Below, piece by piece: positions 1 through 23,076 of a stretch of 64,000 nt of DNA. Position numbers and translations under genes: made by a program. The notes under the pieces were generated by a model that did not search any database, was not told where the DNA came from, and worked only from the letters and a program-made list of their open reading frames with translations. Numbering within the stretch: the stretch's first letter is position 1; every line of letters starts with the position of its first letter. Origin of the DNA: the human T2T-CHM13v2.0 reference genome, Homo sapiens. Location: the NCBI RefSeq assembly GCF_009914755.1, contig NC_060925.1; one strand, 5' to 3'.

Positions 1-2445
1 CTCAAACTCTTTCAAAAATTTGAAGAGGAGGTAACATTTTCTAACTCATTCTATGAGGCCAGTATTACCCAGACACCAAACACGAGAAAACTACAGACAA
101 ACATCACTTACAAATGCTGATGCAAAAATCCTCAACAAAATACTAGCAATTTAAATTTAGCAGTACATTAAAAGGATTATACAACATGAATGAGTATAAT
201 TGACTCCTGAAGTAAAAGTATGCTCCAACACATAAAAATCAATGTAATATCACATTAACGTAAAGAAGAAAAGAAAAAAACGTAAAGAAAAATGTGATTA
301 TTTTAACCAAAGCAGAAAAAAGTATTTATCAAAATTTAACCCACTTTCATAAAAAATACTCAAGAAACTATAAACAGAAAGGAAAGACCTTAACATGTTA
401 TACATTAAAAAAAAAAAACACACGGTTAACATAATGGTGAAAGCTTTTATCCTAAGAGCAAAAACAAGGATGCCTGCTTTTACCACTTCTATTTAACATA
501 GTATGGAAGATTCTAGTTAGAGCAATAAGGCAAGAAAAAGAATAAAAAATTCCAACTAAAAAGAAAAGGTAAAAGTATCTGTTTGCAGATGATATAAACT
601 TGTATATTAAAAATCCTATAGTTTTTGTGAAAGAAACTGTCAGAAGCAATAAATAAAATTCAACAAAGCTGCAGGATACAAAATTAATACATAAAATCAT
701 TTGTATTTCTACAATAACAATAAACTATATCATTTATGATACCATCAAAATAATACTTAGAAACCAACTTAACCAAGGTAATGAAAAACCTGTACAGTGA
801 AAACTATAAACATTGCAGAAAGATATTAAAGATGACTCAAATGAAAAGACACTATGTGTTTATGGATTGGAAGACAAAACCTTGTCAAGATGTCATTGTT
901 ATCTATAGTCATCTACAGATTCAATGAAATTCCTTTAAAAATCCCAACATTTGCAAAAGTAGAAAAACCTATTCTAAAATTCAGACGAAATCTCAAAAAA
1001 ACCCAAGAGTCCCAATCTATATTAAAATAAATGAAGTTAGAGGATTAACGCCTCGTGGTTTTGAACTTACTACAATGCTTCAGTACCCAAAAAATGTTGT
1101 ACCAGCATAGAGACAGACATAAAGACCAAGGCAATATTGGTCATAATTTTCAACAAGGGAGCCAAAACTATTCAATGAGAAAGGACAGTATTTTTTAAAT
1201 AGTGCTAGAAAAACTGGATATTTACATGGAAAAGAATGATGTTGAACCCTTACTTTACACCATGTACAAAACAATTAAAAATGGATCAAACATCTAATTG
1301 TAAGAGCTAAAACTATAAAACCCTTAGAAGAAAGCATAGGGAAAAAGTTTCATAACATAGAATCTGGCAACAATTTCTTGGATATGACAGTGAAAGTGCA
1401 GGCAACAACAACAAAATACATAAAAATAACTTTATTAAAGTTAAGACCTTTTGTGTGTCTGAAGATACAATCAATAGATTGAAAATACAATTCACAGAGG
1501 GGGAGAAAATATCCACACATTATATATCTGATAAGTAATTAATATCCAGGCTATATAAAGACCTCAGCAACAACAACAACAAAATCAAATTTAAAAATGA
1601 GCAAAGGTTTTAAAATACACATTTCTTTAAAGAAGATATACAAATGACCAGTAAGCACAGGTGAGGTGCTCAGCATCAATTATCATGAGAACAATGTAAA
1701 TCAAAAGCACAATGCAATACCAACTGACACATATAAGTATAGCTACCATAAAAAAAACAACCAACAACAAACCAAAACAAACAACAAAAACCCAGAGAAC
1801 AGCAAATGCTAGATGTGGAGAAGTCAGAACTCTTGCATACTACTGGTGGGAAAGTAAAATGGCAGAGCTACTATGGAAAACAGTAATCACCATATGATCT
1901 AGCAATTCTACTTCTGGGTATATACCTAAAAGAACTGAAAGCAGGAATTTGCACAGATATTTGCACACCCATGTTTATAGCAGCACTCACAATAGCCAAA
2001 GTGTAGAAACCACCAAAATGTCCATCTATAGATGAATGGGTAAGCAAATATAGTCAATACATACAATGATATATTATATTCAACCTTAAAAATAAAAGAA
2101 ATTTTGATACATGCTACAACAAACCTTGAGAAGATTTTGCTAAGTAAAATAAGTCAGACAAAAAAGCAAATACTGTATGCTTCCACTTATATGAAGTACC
2201 TAGAGTAGTCAAATTTATAGACATAGAAAATAAAATAGTGGGGGTCAGGGGATGAGAAGAAGGGAAATGGGGAGTTATTGTTCCATGGATAGAGTTTCAG
2301 TTTGGGATGATAAAATAGTTTTGAAAATGGATAGTGGTGATGGTTGCACAACAATGTATTTGTACTTAATGCCACTAAATTATACACCTCAAAATAGTTA
2401 AAGTGGTCAACTTTGTTATGCATATTTTACCACAGTAAAAAAATT
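1..2445 (+). mobile_element. Old LINE-1 (L1M/L1MB-like): degenerate ORF2 plus 3' UTR
   Basis: Starts within L1 ORF2-like sequence (ctcattctatgaggccagtattacc), has many stops, and ends in an L1M-type 3' end (...atattttaccacagtaaaaaaa). Confidence 0.85.
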
Positions 2446-2494
2446 AGCAAGTATTTAAAAATCTACATTTTTCTTTGAACTGTCTCTTTATATC

Positions 2495-2853
2495 TGATAT
2501 GGTTTGGCTTGGTGTCCCCACCCAAATCGCATCTTGAATTGTACTCCCATATTTCCCACATGTTGTGGGAGTGACCTGGTGGGAGATTCTTGGATCATGG
2601 GGACAGTTTCCCCTCTGCTGTTCTCGTGGTAGTGAATAAGTCTCATCAGATCTGATGGTTTGATAAGGGGAAACCTGTTTCACTTGGCTATTATTCTCTC
2701 TCCTGCTGCCACCATGTGAGACGTGCCTTTCAATTTCCACCATGATTGTGAGGCCTCCTCAGCCTTGTGAAACTAAGTCCAGTAAACCTCTTTCTTGTAA
2801 ATTGCTGAGTCTTGGGTATGTCTTTATCATCAGCATGAAAATGCACTAATACA
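2495..2853 (+). mobile_element. THE1 (MaLR) solo LTR, THE1C/D-like
   Basis: Canonical termini tgatatggtttggct... and ...gcactaataca; ~360 bp. Confidence 0.9.
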
Positions 2854-3225
2854 ACATTCTTTGTCCATTTTTCAATTTTGCTGCTGGTCTTTTAATAATT
2901 TATGATAGCTTTATATATACATTACCCAAATTAGCTCTTTGTCTGTTATATATGTTAGAGATTTCCCCAGTCTGTTGACTTTTGACTTTGAGGCATTTTT
3001 CTCTCATAGAAAGTTTTAATTTTTATGGAGTCAAATGCATCAGTCTTCTATTCAATGACTTCTTCATGGGGATGGTGTTTCATTTTAGGATAATAATAAA
3101 GTTGTAGATATGAATAAAGGAGATGGTCGTACAATAATGTGAGTATACTGAATGCCACTGAACTGTACATTTAAACATGATTAAAATGGTAAGATTAATG
3201 TTATATATATTTCACCACCAAAAAA
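2854..3225. mobile_element. Two old L1 fragments (minus-strand piece 2854-3055; plus-strand 3' end ~3060-3225)
   Basis: L1M-like sequence; both pieces recur inverted at ~29645-29988. Confidence 0.6.
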
Positions 3226-3435
3226 GGGCCAGGCTTAGATGTTTATATGTTAGAGGTTTGGAGTAGCTTTGACACCTATTCCTCTCCAGGGCTCTAATTT
3301 ATAAAGCACCCACACAATAAAAGTAGATATTAACTTCACAAATCTCCATGGCATCTTATAAGCCCCACACCAGGGACTGTCTTGGAAAGCTGATGTGGAA
3401 AAACTGGCATAAACTTGAGGTCAATATGAGACTTC

Positions 3436-5990
<2,555 letters not shown>

Positions 5991-7586
5991 CCTATCCCCT
6001 ATTCTGGAACTAGATGGAGGAACATACGCATGCAGGTTCACCTGGAGAGATGAGATGGGGCAAGCAGAACAGTCTTGCCCAAATCATCCCATAAGCCTGG
6101 ACCTTGAGCCCTCTCACATGCTGTCAGGCATGTATCATACCAAGAAAGGAGGCTAGGAGGGTACTGTATCTACCTGTATACAGGGAGCTATGAAATATCT
6201 GAGCTGAGAATGTGACACATGAGAGGTCAGAGGCAGTATGACCTTTACACAGTGACCTGGCTCAAAATTTCCGGCTTGCATTAACCAGGTGAGTTCCTCT
6301 TTCTCTCCGAGGTAGGTAAACTAGAGGGGTGAAGTGGGAGTTGGGGATAATTTTGGGTAGTATTTATTCTGTGTTCTAAATAAGAAAACCATAAATGCCC
6401 TCTTTCAGGGTCCAAATATTAGGTGAAAAAACCTCTTTGTCATCTCAGTCATGTACTGTGGACCCCAGCCGAGTAGTATACAAATGTTAATTTATACTTT
6501 CTGCATAGTGTGAGCTTTTTCAGTTTTATGATGTAGCTGATTAAGTCCTCTCATGTTACTAACTGGGGACCAGACTGCTGAATGTCACAACAGGTGGCTA
6601 GCATGTCTGTGAAGGGCAGAAACTGGAGGAACAAACAGCTGGCAGAGGCCAGCTAGTAAGGACGCAGTGCCCACTTCACAGAGGACTCAACACTTAAAAG
6701 GCAAGATAAGCAAATGCCAGGCTGCCTCACTAGTCATGCCCCCAAATAGAAAGACAAAACTCCTCTACAGAATGTGTGTGTACACACCTAAATACACACA
6801 CACAGCTACATGCGAAGGGAAAGGGCTTGGAAGAAACCAAATCCACCTCTGAACACCAGTTACTTCTGGGAAAGGGGCAGGTGAAGCCAACTGTCCCCAT
6901 TACCTTTTAAACTGATGAGCCTATGGTAACTTTGCACGCTTTGGGTTATTACACAAGCCCTGCAGAACTGAACCACCAACAACCAGTTGCACAGCTTTTC
7001 CTGACGCCAAATGATGACTTCCCTCAAAGTTCAGTCCCACCACCTGCCTCCCATGCAGGGGGCTACTGGCCTCCTAGGGTGCAGTCCTGGTCCCATGTAG
7101 GGGGCCACTGGCCTCCTGGGGTACAGGGTTCCAGGCTAAATCCACCCCACAGATTCCTGGTGAAACCAGCATGTGTCCAAGGGGTTTTCCCAAGCCTGGG
7201 CCATGTGCCTACCACAGAAATATGTCTGTGCTTGCTCCCCTAGGACAGGCTCCCTTTTCCTTCAGTTGGAATGAGGGGTAGGGAAGATTTCATGGTGTCT
7301 GGTAGAGGTTAGGTATGCTGAATCTGATGTGCTGTCAGAAAAGCTCCCCGGAGTCAGGTGCATTCTCAGCACGTGGTGTGTGCTGCCCTTTCAAGCTGCG
7401 AGAATCCCAGAAGGCGGGTGCTACTGCAACCCCCATTTATAGCTAAGCAGAGCTCAGGTGATCTACAGCAGGCCAAGAAGCTAAGAGGCCAACAGGCTGG
7501 ATCTGCATTTCGCTTGCAGAGGCCCCTGCCTGGCTGCCTGAGGCTGCTCTTGAGACTCCTCCTGCCTCCTCCTCTTCCCTCTGCAG

Positions 7587-9213
7587 CTACACCAGCTTCT
7601 AACCACGGCTGTGCTCCAGGTGGGGAACATCTATGGGCACACCATGGCACAGCTGCTCGAAAACCGCAGCATGTAGTAGAGCCCCTGCTTCATGCTGTCT
7701 CCCATGTCCAAGCCCAAGTTCATCTAGGGCTTTAGCAAGACCAAGCTACACTGAATTCCCTGATAGTAGATAATCCCCTACAATCCCCTGTACATGGGTA
7801 AGCCACCAGGCCTTGGCCCTGCTCCCTCCTGGCCCCACCATTCTGCCTCAATTGCTTACATGCTACCCTGTCTGTACTGTTTTGAAACTCTACAAGGATG
7901 TTGAGATTCTGAGCTGACTCCCACTGAAGGAGGAAAACCACCAGCAGCCACTAGGTTCTGCTTTCTGGAAGCTTCATGCCCCTTCCCCTATGGCCCACCA
8001 TGCTAGCCAGGCTGGAAGGGGGACTCCTGAGACTTGAGAAACCCAGACCTGCAGGTGGCATATGAAAAAAAGGCCCCTAAGAGGACCACTCCCAGCCATG
8101 AAGCCCCAGGTGGAACCAGGTGATTGGGAAATACACAGGAGCCAAGCCTGGGCCCCACTCAGACCCAGGTGGGAACTGCAGCAGTGACTTGCCCCTTCTG
8201 CCACTCTGGCTGTACCACTGCAGGAGGGAGGAACATCTGACACCACCCATGAGTGGAGACACTAGGTGTGGGCAGCTTCCAGTGGTTGCTGCAGCTGAAC
8301 CTTCCCAACCGGATCCATGTAAGGCCATCTCAGGTGGGTGCAGGCCTGGGCTGCGCTGGGCAAGGACACCCCTCAGAGGGTGAGAGCCAGTGAGGAGAGC
8401 TGTCACAGAGGCCCATTTTCCTGCTCTGAGAACAGGTTGGGGCAGTAAGGGGGACTTCTCTCACTTCCTAGCTGCTTCCAGGAGCCCATCTTTTCTGAAG
8501 ATGAGACACTCCCCTGCTTGCCTGTTCCAATTTGGCTTCAAGAGGCAGTTGCCAGCATTGAGGGAAATGAGCCTCACCTGCCTTCCCTGACGCATCTGAG
8601 GCAGGTGGGTAGGCCTAGGGGAAGGCCAAGGGGATCTGGGGTAGGACCTAAACATATGCCCAACCCCAGGCTATGCTGGCTTCATCCTCCCAATCCACTT
8701 GTGTGAGGGTGTGAGTTACCAAGAGGGTATCATACAGGCCATGGATGAGTTCTACAAGAGCCAGGTAGAAGAGCACTGTCCTGGGTGTGCTCCCGAGCAC
8801 CCAGCTCACATCCATCTTATTTGACAGCTTCAGTGAGGCAGGCCTTGAAGTCCAGGCTCCCTGAGAGGCCTGGGAAAGAGGCTGTGGCTCAAGGGCCTGA
8901 CCCCAAAGGTACGACTTCCACCTCTCTCATCCTGACAGCCTTGTATTCTCCCCCTGCTTTGAAGCAGGGGATAGGGGAGACAAGAGGCAGTGTACATTAA
9001 TCACTTTTCCAGAGTGCCATCCCTCCAACCTGGGGCAGGACAGACCCCTGCATGGGCATTTTCCTCACTGGTTGCCAGATTCCCAGTTCCTGTTCAGAAA
9101 CTGCACCTGTGCCCTGGAGAGACTGCACTGAGCACACAGGCCCAGCAACCACATGTACAGCCCCCAGGGCCTAATTCCCTTCTATATGGGACCTAATTCC
9201 CTTCTGCATGCAT
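7587..9213 (+). pseudogene. Unprocessed FAM166A/CIMIP2A pseudogene, left copy (exon remnants 7587-7797, ~7880-8119, 8210-8333, 8670-8764, 9087-9213)
   Basis: Translated remnants match FAM166A motifs as I recall them: QVGNIYG, LYHCRREE, KAISG|YAGFI, QAMDEFYKSQ|FLFRN, QGLIPFYMG. Several GT/AG junctions are retained; stops and frameshifts are present; first exon not found. Confidence 0.88.
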
Positions 9214-9915
9214 GTGAGTACACAGTGGGCTTCATTCCTGCCAACTAGTATCCGACCCTGCCAGATATCCGTGTGCCAACATGATTAGGGGGAAGAGGTC
9301 ACACTGACACACCCAGGCTATCATGGGGAAGGGGTAGCTGGGGCTCTATTTCACCACCCTTTATTGCTGGTTCAGGACCAGCTGTGTTACTACATTGTCT
9401 CCAAGGTCCCACCTTGGGGTAGAATTGCCCAACCCTTTTGGAAGTTGGGGGGGCGGTGGGCAGCACTGGCCACTTTTAAGTTACAGAGGTCAGCTGGTCC
9501 TGGGGAGGAGCAGCCAGGCTTTCCTTCAGGAAGCAGTTTCCCTACTAAGCAGATAACCAAGGCCCAGGGCAGCCTCAAGTTCCTGTGGAGCATGCCTGCC
9601 ATGTCCATAATCCATACTGATCCCGCCAGGAACCACTGGAATGCTTGTTCCTTGGCATAGAAGCCCAAGTCAGCTGCAACCTTGCAGCACAATTACACAC
9701 ATCTGCCAGCAGTACCCAGAGGGCCTATAGAAAGTGCAGGTGAAAGCAGATGCTAAGAGAATGCTCCATTAGGCAAAACCGCATACTATGAAAAAGCTTT
9801 AAAACACAACAGGAGGAGATGTGAAGACACAAACAAGTGCCTAGTGACACATGGCTATCAGAACACACTATAAGAACCCACACCGCTTCCCCACTTTACC
9901 CAGAAAAGGCAGGCT

Positions 9916-12036
9916 CTAGGCCACCTCCTCCTCCTCGGCTGTGGCGTCCTGGTACTGCTGATACTCAGACAGCAGGTCGTTCATGTTGCTCTTGGCCTCG
10001 GTGAACTCCATCACGTCCATGCCCTCGCCTGTGTACCAGTGCAGGAAGGCCTGGAACACACTCGAACAGCTCCCGGATGGCCGTGTTGTTGCCAATGCAG
10101 GTGGCCATTTTTAGCCCCTTGGGTGGGATGGCACAGATAGCCATTTTCACATTGTGAGGGAGCCAATCAGCAGAGTACCTGCTGTTCTTATTTTGAATAT
10201 TGAACATTTGCTCATCCACCTCCCTCATGGACACACAACCTCTGAAAATCGCAGGCACCGTTAGGTAGTGGCCATGACGGGGCTCACAGGCAACAATCAT
10301 ATTCTTAGCATCAAACATCTGCTGGGTGAACTCGGCCACAGTCAGGGACTGGTATTACTGGCTGCCCCGGCAGGTCAGTGGGGCAAAGCCAGGCATGAAG
10401 AAGTGCAGCCAGGAAACTAGGATCACGTTCGTGGCCAGCCTTTGCAGATCAGTATTCAGCTGGCCTGGGAAGAACAGGCACGTGGGGACCCCACTTGTGG
10501 TAGCAGACACCAGGTGATTCAGGTCACCGTAGGTGGGTGTGGGCAGTTTTAGGGTTCTGGAACAGATGTCACACAGAACTACAGAGCTTCACTATCAATG
10601 CAAAAGGTCTCATCTGCATTTTCCATGAGCTGGTGGACTGAGAGGGTGGCATTGTAGGGCTCCACCACGGTGTCTGACACCTTGGGCAAAGGCAGAACAC
10701 TGAATGTGTTTATGATCCTGTCTGGGTACTCCTCCCAGATCTTACTGATGAGAAGAGTATCCATCCCAGACCCAGTATTCCCACCCAGGGAGTGGGTAAG
10801 CTGGAAACCCTGCAGGCAGTCACAGCTCTCAGATTCTTTTTCACAACATCCATCAGCGTCTCCTTCAGCTCTGCACCTTCTGTGTAGTGCCCCTTGGCCC
10901 AGTTGTTCCCGGCCCCACACTGACCTGTAAGACAACACAGCAAGTCGCTGGATGGCCAGATATACAGTCATCAGGGGTCACCACAATGCAAAAAAGGGCC
11001 AAGTGTCACGTGTGAGGTGAAAGCACCATTCACCCTGCAGGTGGAGCAGGTGGACCTCCCTCCCCCAAAGCTGAAGGACAGCAGCCTCCCCTGTTAGAAG
11101 TTAAGTCAGGAGCCGAACCTGAGACAGCCTAACACAACAGACCTGGCTGCAGGTGGCTCCTGCCCATCCCCAAGAAAAGCAGCAGCCACTGCCCCCAGCC
11201 CAGCTCCCTGCAGAAAGATTGCATCAGCAGCTCCTCTCAGGCAGACAGCTGGGCCTTCCTCCCAAAGCCCGTTTAGGAGAAGGAGATTGCGTGACTCAGG
11301 ATGGGAGGGTGTTCAGGGGCCCTAGCTCCACAGTTCCCACAGCGATGACTTTCGGGCACTCCTTGAATTTGAGCGGCCCTGGCTAAGGAGCCTCACCCCA
11401 GTCCTCACCCGCAGCTCACCGAAGATGAAGTCGTCCGGCCTGAAGATCCTCCCGAATGGCGCTGAGCACACAGAGCCGATGGTGCCCGGCTCCACATCCA
11501 CAAGCACAGGGCGGGGCACGTACCTGCCACCTGAGGGGGGCGGGAGGGCATCAGCGAGGAGAGGGCCGCCATTCCCAGGAGGGCGGCTGGGGAAGGACAG
11601 GGGTCTCACCGCTGGCCTCGTTGTAGTACATGTTGATGCGCTCCAGCTGCAGGTCCCTGTCCCCGTGGCAGGTGCCAGCAGAGTCGATGGCATGTTCATC
11701 AGAGATCACCTCCCAGAACTGCGAGAGACACGAGGGGCCAAACAGGCCAGGGCTGAGTCACGGAGGCCAGGGAGCCCGAGGCTGCCCAGCCCCTCTCCTA
11801 TCCCCACCCCCAGGCCGCTGGATCCCTGGGGGTCCGCCCTGGCTGCCTAGCCAGCCACCCAGCTCCACCGCGTCCCAGGCGCGGAGACGGGGGGCCGCAA
11901 TACAGCCCCAGCCGCTGCCAACATCTTCTCGGGCCACCCGGCAGGCCCGCGCTGGGCCCTCAGAGCCCCGGCCACCAACCTTGGCACCGATCTGGTTCCC
12001 GCACTGCCCGGTCTGCCATAGCACGATCTCCCTCAT
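9916..12036 (-). pseudogene. TUBB8P10: Unprocessed TUBB8-like beta-tubulin pseudogene, 4 exons (probably TUBB8P10; symbol from memory)
   Basis: MREIVLWQTGQCGNQIGAK start with TUBB8-type residues [14 protein letters not shown] and [12 protein letters not shown]. Exon 4 has a frameshift after MDVVK, an in-frame TAG, an internal deletion and a shortened tail ...EEEEVA*. Confidence 0.93.
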
Positions 12037-13768
12037 GGCCACTGCTGGACTAGGGCGGCAGGAGAAACGCGAGGAGGAGCAGGAGCGCAGCGACAGGGCC
12101 AGTGCTCCGCCAACGCTAAAATAACCCCGCGCCCACCTCCCCCAGCCTCAGATTGGGCTCCCAGAATAAGCAACAGCTTTACTTCCACACAGGTGTACCC
12201 ACCTGTGAATCCCTTGGCGTTCAAGGTCTGTTGGAGAGCTCAGGTGGCCTTGCTGTGGTCCTTTCCACGTTGGGGAAAGCTGGTCAGCTGGAGAACTTCC
12301 TCCCATGTCTTTAGTAAGACTAAATCCCTAGCTGAGCTGAAATGGAATTTTCCTCCCGTGTGGAGGGGAAGCCTTTTGTTTCCGTGTTCACAGAGTGCCT
12401 TTGCACCTGTCCCACATTGATGACATATTTTTGTAATTGATGAGTCCCTTTCTATTAGGAGATCTGTGGTTAGGAGAGGCCTCCCCTATGTTAACTCGAC
12501 AGGAAGTAATTGTAAGTTTTCCTTTGGAGCAGCTCAAACCCGGAGTAAGCTATGGGTGTTAGAGATAGTCAGGCCTCTGACTTAGCTAGGGTCTTCTTTA
12601 GAGTATGATTAACCCTTTCACCTTTCCAGAGGACTGCGGTCTCCATGCAGAGTGAAGGTGATATTGGATTCCTAAAGCTGAGGATAGCTGTTGGGAGACG
12701 CCTGCTGTGAAAGATGGGCCATTGTCACTTTGCAGGCCTTTGGATGACCCAAAAGGAGGAATTATTTCTTCTGGTAAACACTTGTCAGATAGGGTGGGGA
12801 ATGCCTGGATCTAACCAGTGAATGTAACAGTAAGCATTAGCAAATACCTGAATCTCCTACAGAAAGGCATCTGAGTAAATTAGAGTTGCCAGTCCTCACC
12901 TGGATAGGTTCCTCAATGTTGGACAGGTTTAACTGGAGGAGGTGAAAATTGCTGGGTCTTTGGGTTATGTCAGACACAGCGCTCACAGGGCTGAGTCACC
13001 TGTTTTAGCGTCTTGAAAAGATTTATCCCCATAAACAAATGAGACATTAACTGAAGCAAAGAATCCCTTCTAGGGTGGAAAGAATCATGAAAGTGCTTAA
13101 TTATTTTCCTACAATGGGTGCTCGGCATTAGTAACTTATTACCATCAGCCAGCCAGCCAGAGGGATCCTGGACTGAACTGCAATCCCTGGCCCATTTTTG
13201 TTCTCTTCAGAGTGTTCTGGCCCAGCTCTGTGTACGCTGAGCAGTATGCCCAGAAGCTTCACTGGCCCTTTCAGTGCAGTGGCCTTGGCTGACACATCTG
13301 TGAGGGCATTTCCTTTTACACGGTCAGTCTCTCTTTTGATGTCCTCTGCAACGAATTACAGCCACTTTTTTTTTTAATGGCGGCAAAGCAGCATTCTAAC
13401 AAGCTCAAAATCTGAGTAATGTATGGAAAAGCCCTTCGTGGTCAGGAGTCCCTACCCATTCCAAATTGCAGCATAAGCATGAAGCACTAAGAAATCATAC
13501 TTGGAATCAGTGTAAATGTTAACTTTTAAGTCCTTTCCCAACTGCAGGGCTCTGGTAAGTTTAATTGACTCAGCTTTTTGAGCTGAGGTAGAGGCCAGCA
13601 AGGCTTGTGCCTTGATTATCTTGTGCCGACTAATAATAGCATACCTACCCTTCCTGTTTTCCTGATGCATAAGACAACCTGCATCTCTTAACCACTCTTC
13701 CTTGGGATGGTCAAGGGGCTCATCTCTCTTAAGTCTGGCCTGCTAGAATAACTTTGTTTCATAACCCG

Positions 13769-14421
<653 letters not shown>

Positions 14422-16103
14422 ACCTGTATGCCAGAAAGGTTGGGAGCACTTGTGGACCCTGGCAGATAAGTAACTGGGTTTATGGTTTGGCAGACTCTAA
14501 GGGTTATGTCTGGAGTGTCTAGCAATAAGGCCTGATACTTTAATAAATGTTCTCCTATTATCCACTGGTGCCCTTTAGCTTCTAGGACCACCTTCCCTTG
14601 ATGTGGGGTCAAAAACCTTTAGGTGCTGTCCTCATGCTAGTTCATTAGCTTTGCCTACTAGAAAAGTTGCAGCAGCAACAGCTCTAAGACATCCAGGCCA
14701 CCCTGAGGCCACCTGACCTATCTGCTTAGAAAAGTATGTTACAGCCCTTGGAATGTTCCCCAGTTTTGGGACAAGATTACCCAGGGCCTATGCCTTGCTT
14801 TTTGGCCACATAAAGATAAAATGATTCATCCAACTTGGGGACTCCCACAGCTGCAGCAGAGCCCAATTTCTCTTTGAGAGTATTGAAGATTTGCTTGCAG
14901 TTCTCATTACATTCAAGGAGCTCTAAATCTTTCCCTTTTAGTGCATCCCGTAAATGCTTGGCTACACGTCCAAATCTGGGCACCCGTAAGCAGCAGTACC
15001 CAGCCATCCCCTAAAAAGGCCCACAGTCATTTGTTGGACTGCGACTCTTGAATGACTAAAAGAGCTTTTTTACTTCTAGGGATGTTGATCAGTTCCAGAG
15101 GTGAATACAGATTCCAAATATTGGAGCCGTTGAGTCAAAATCTGAGCTCTGTATGGTGATACCCTATATCTGCTAGTTCCCAGGAAATTTATCAGTTTAA
15201 CAGTATTATTATCCGAGTCTTCTTTAGTTGGGCTAGCAATGAGTAAGTCACCTAGATACTGAATAATGGTGCCTGTTTGCAACTGTAAATTTCTTAAGTC
15301 CTTAGCTAGGGCATTTTCAAATAAGTGGGGGCTATCCTAGAACCCTTCAGAGAGGACCATCCAGGTTAGTTTTGAGGTTGAATGAGTATCTGGATCAGTC
15401 CATTCAAAGGCAAACATATTGCGAATCTGGATACATTGAGATGCAGAAAAATGCATCTTTCAGAACTAAGAATGTAAACCAGCTTGGATCCCCTGGGACT
15501 TGGGTAAGGATTGGGGACAATGGGGTGTATGGAGACAACAGCTGCATTTATTAATGCTCTAAGGTTTCTGACAAATCTGTACTTGCCAGATTAGGCTTTT
15601 GATCTGGTAACATGGGAGTATTGTAAGGAGACTCTCATGGCCTTAACAAGTCATACGGCAAGAATTTGGCAATAAGGGGTTGAATTTCCCCTCATGCTTC
15701 TTGCCTTAAAGTGTATTGTCTCTTCCAAGGGCGAGGAGCACTAGGCCAAAGTTGGATTTGAATGGGGGAAGTGTTTAGTGTGTTTCCCAGAGCCTGTGTG
15801 GCCCAAACCTCAGGATTTACTTGTGAGAACACCTCAGGTGGTAAATGTGACAGCTCATCCTTAACTTCTTTTTTTCCCCGAGGGGTCAGGAATAAAAGTC
15901 ACACTTTCTCTGCTTTATGATCTGTGAAGGTCACCATGGCTTGGTCACTGGAGTCAATAAAGCTCTCCCCAGTGAGAGGTCAGGCATTCAGACAATACTA
16001 GAAAGGCAGGTGAGAAGCCCAGAGGCCCTGGAGAACAACTTAGAAGATAAGAAAAGCAGTGTTTTCCGACTTGTCCATCATGGAAGACGGGAGCCCATCG
16101 TAT

Positions 16104-16504
16104 AATTTAAGGCCATACAAGACATCTTCCATCCAGCCTTAAAAATGTATAAATGTCCTAGGAGTGCAGCATTTTTTCTTAAAGATAAATTTAATGAGCT
16201 AGCTTAGGTCAAAGGGTTAATGGTCATTGTTAAAACCAATAACCCCTGCCTTTAGTGAGTACATCTGCACCTTCCAAGTTTAATTGTAACTCTTTCTCTT
16301 TACAGTTACTTATAAGTAGAGACACTAACAAAAGACATTGCATTCCTGCTTTTGTTTTCTGAGGATGCCCAACTCTGTAATGGAGTCATTTCTAATAAAC
16401 TTGCTTCTTGCACTGTGGTCTCTGACTCACCTCAAATGTTTTCCTGCACAAGATCTAAGAATCCTCCTTTGTGGTCTGTATCAGGACCCTCTTTTCCAGC
16501 AACA
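16104..16504 (+). mobile_element. 5'-truncated ERV1 5' LTR (LTR8/HUERS-like 3' end)
   Basis: aataaacttgc...caagatctaagaatcctcct...ggaccctcttttccagcaaca, followed by a degenerate PBS-like sequence (cagtaacaccatgaaggga, resembling the tRNA-Arg PBS tggcgaccacgaaggga). Confidence 0.75.
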
Positions 16505-22950
<6,446 letters not shown>

Positions 22951-23076
22951 GGGAGCCCAATCTGAGGCTGGGGGAGGTGGGCGCGGGGTTATTTTAGCGT
23001 TGGCGGAGCACTGGCCCTGTCGCTGCGCTCCTGCTCCTCCTCGCGTTTCTCCTGCCGCCCTAGTCCAGCAGTGGCC
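22951..23076 (+). promoter_or_regulatory. Residual beta-tubulin core promoter/5' UTR (CCAAT box, GC-rich box, degenerate TATA tattttagcgttggcggagc); mirror at 12037-12162
   Basis: ccaat at ~22957 and a TATA-like element at ~22990, resembling the TUBB4B TATAAGCGTTGGCGGAGC as I recall it; CpG-rich through exon 1/intron 1. Confidence 0.55.
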
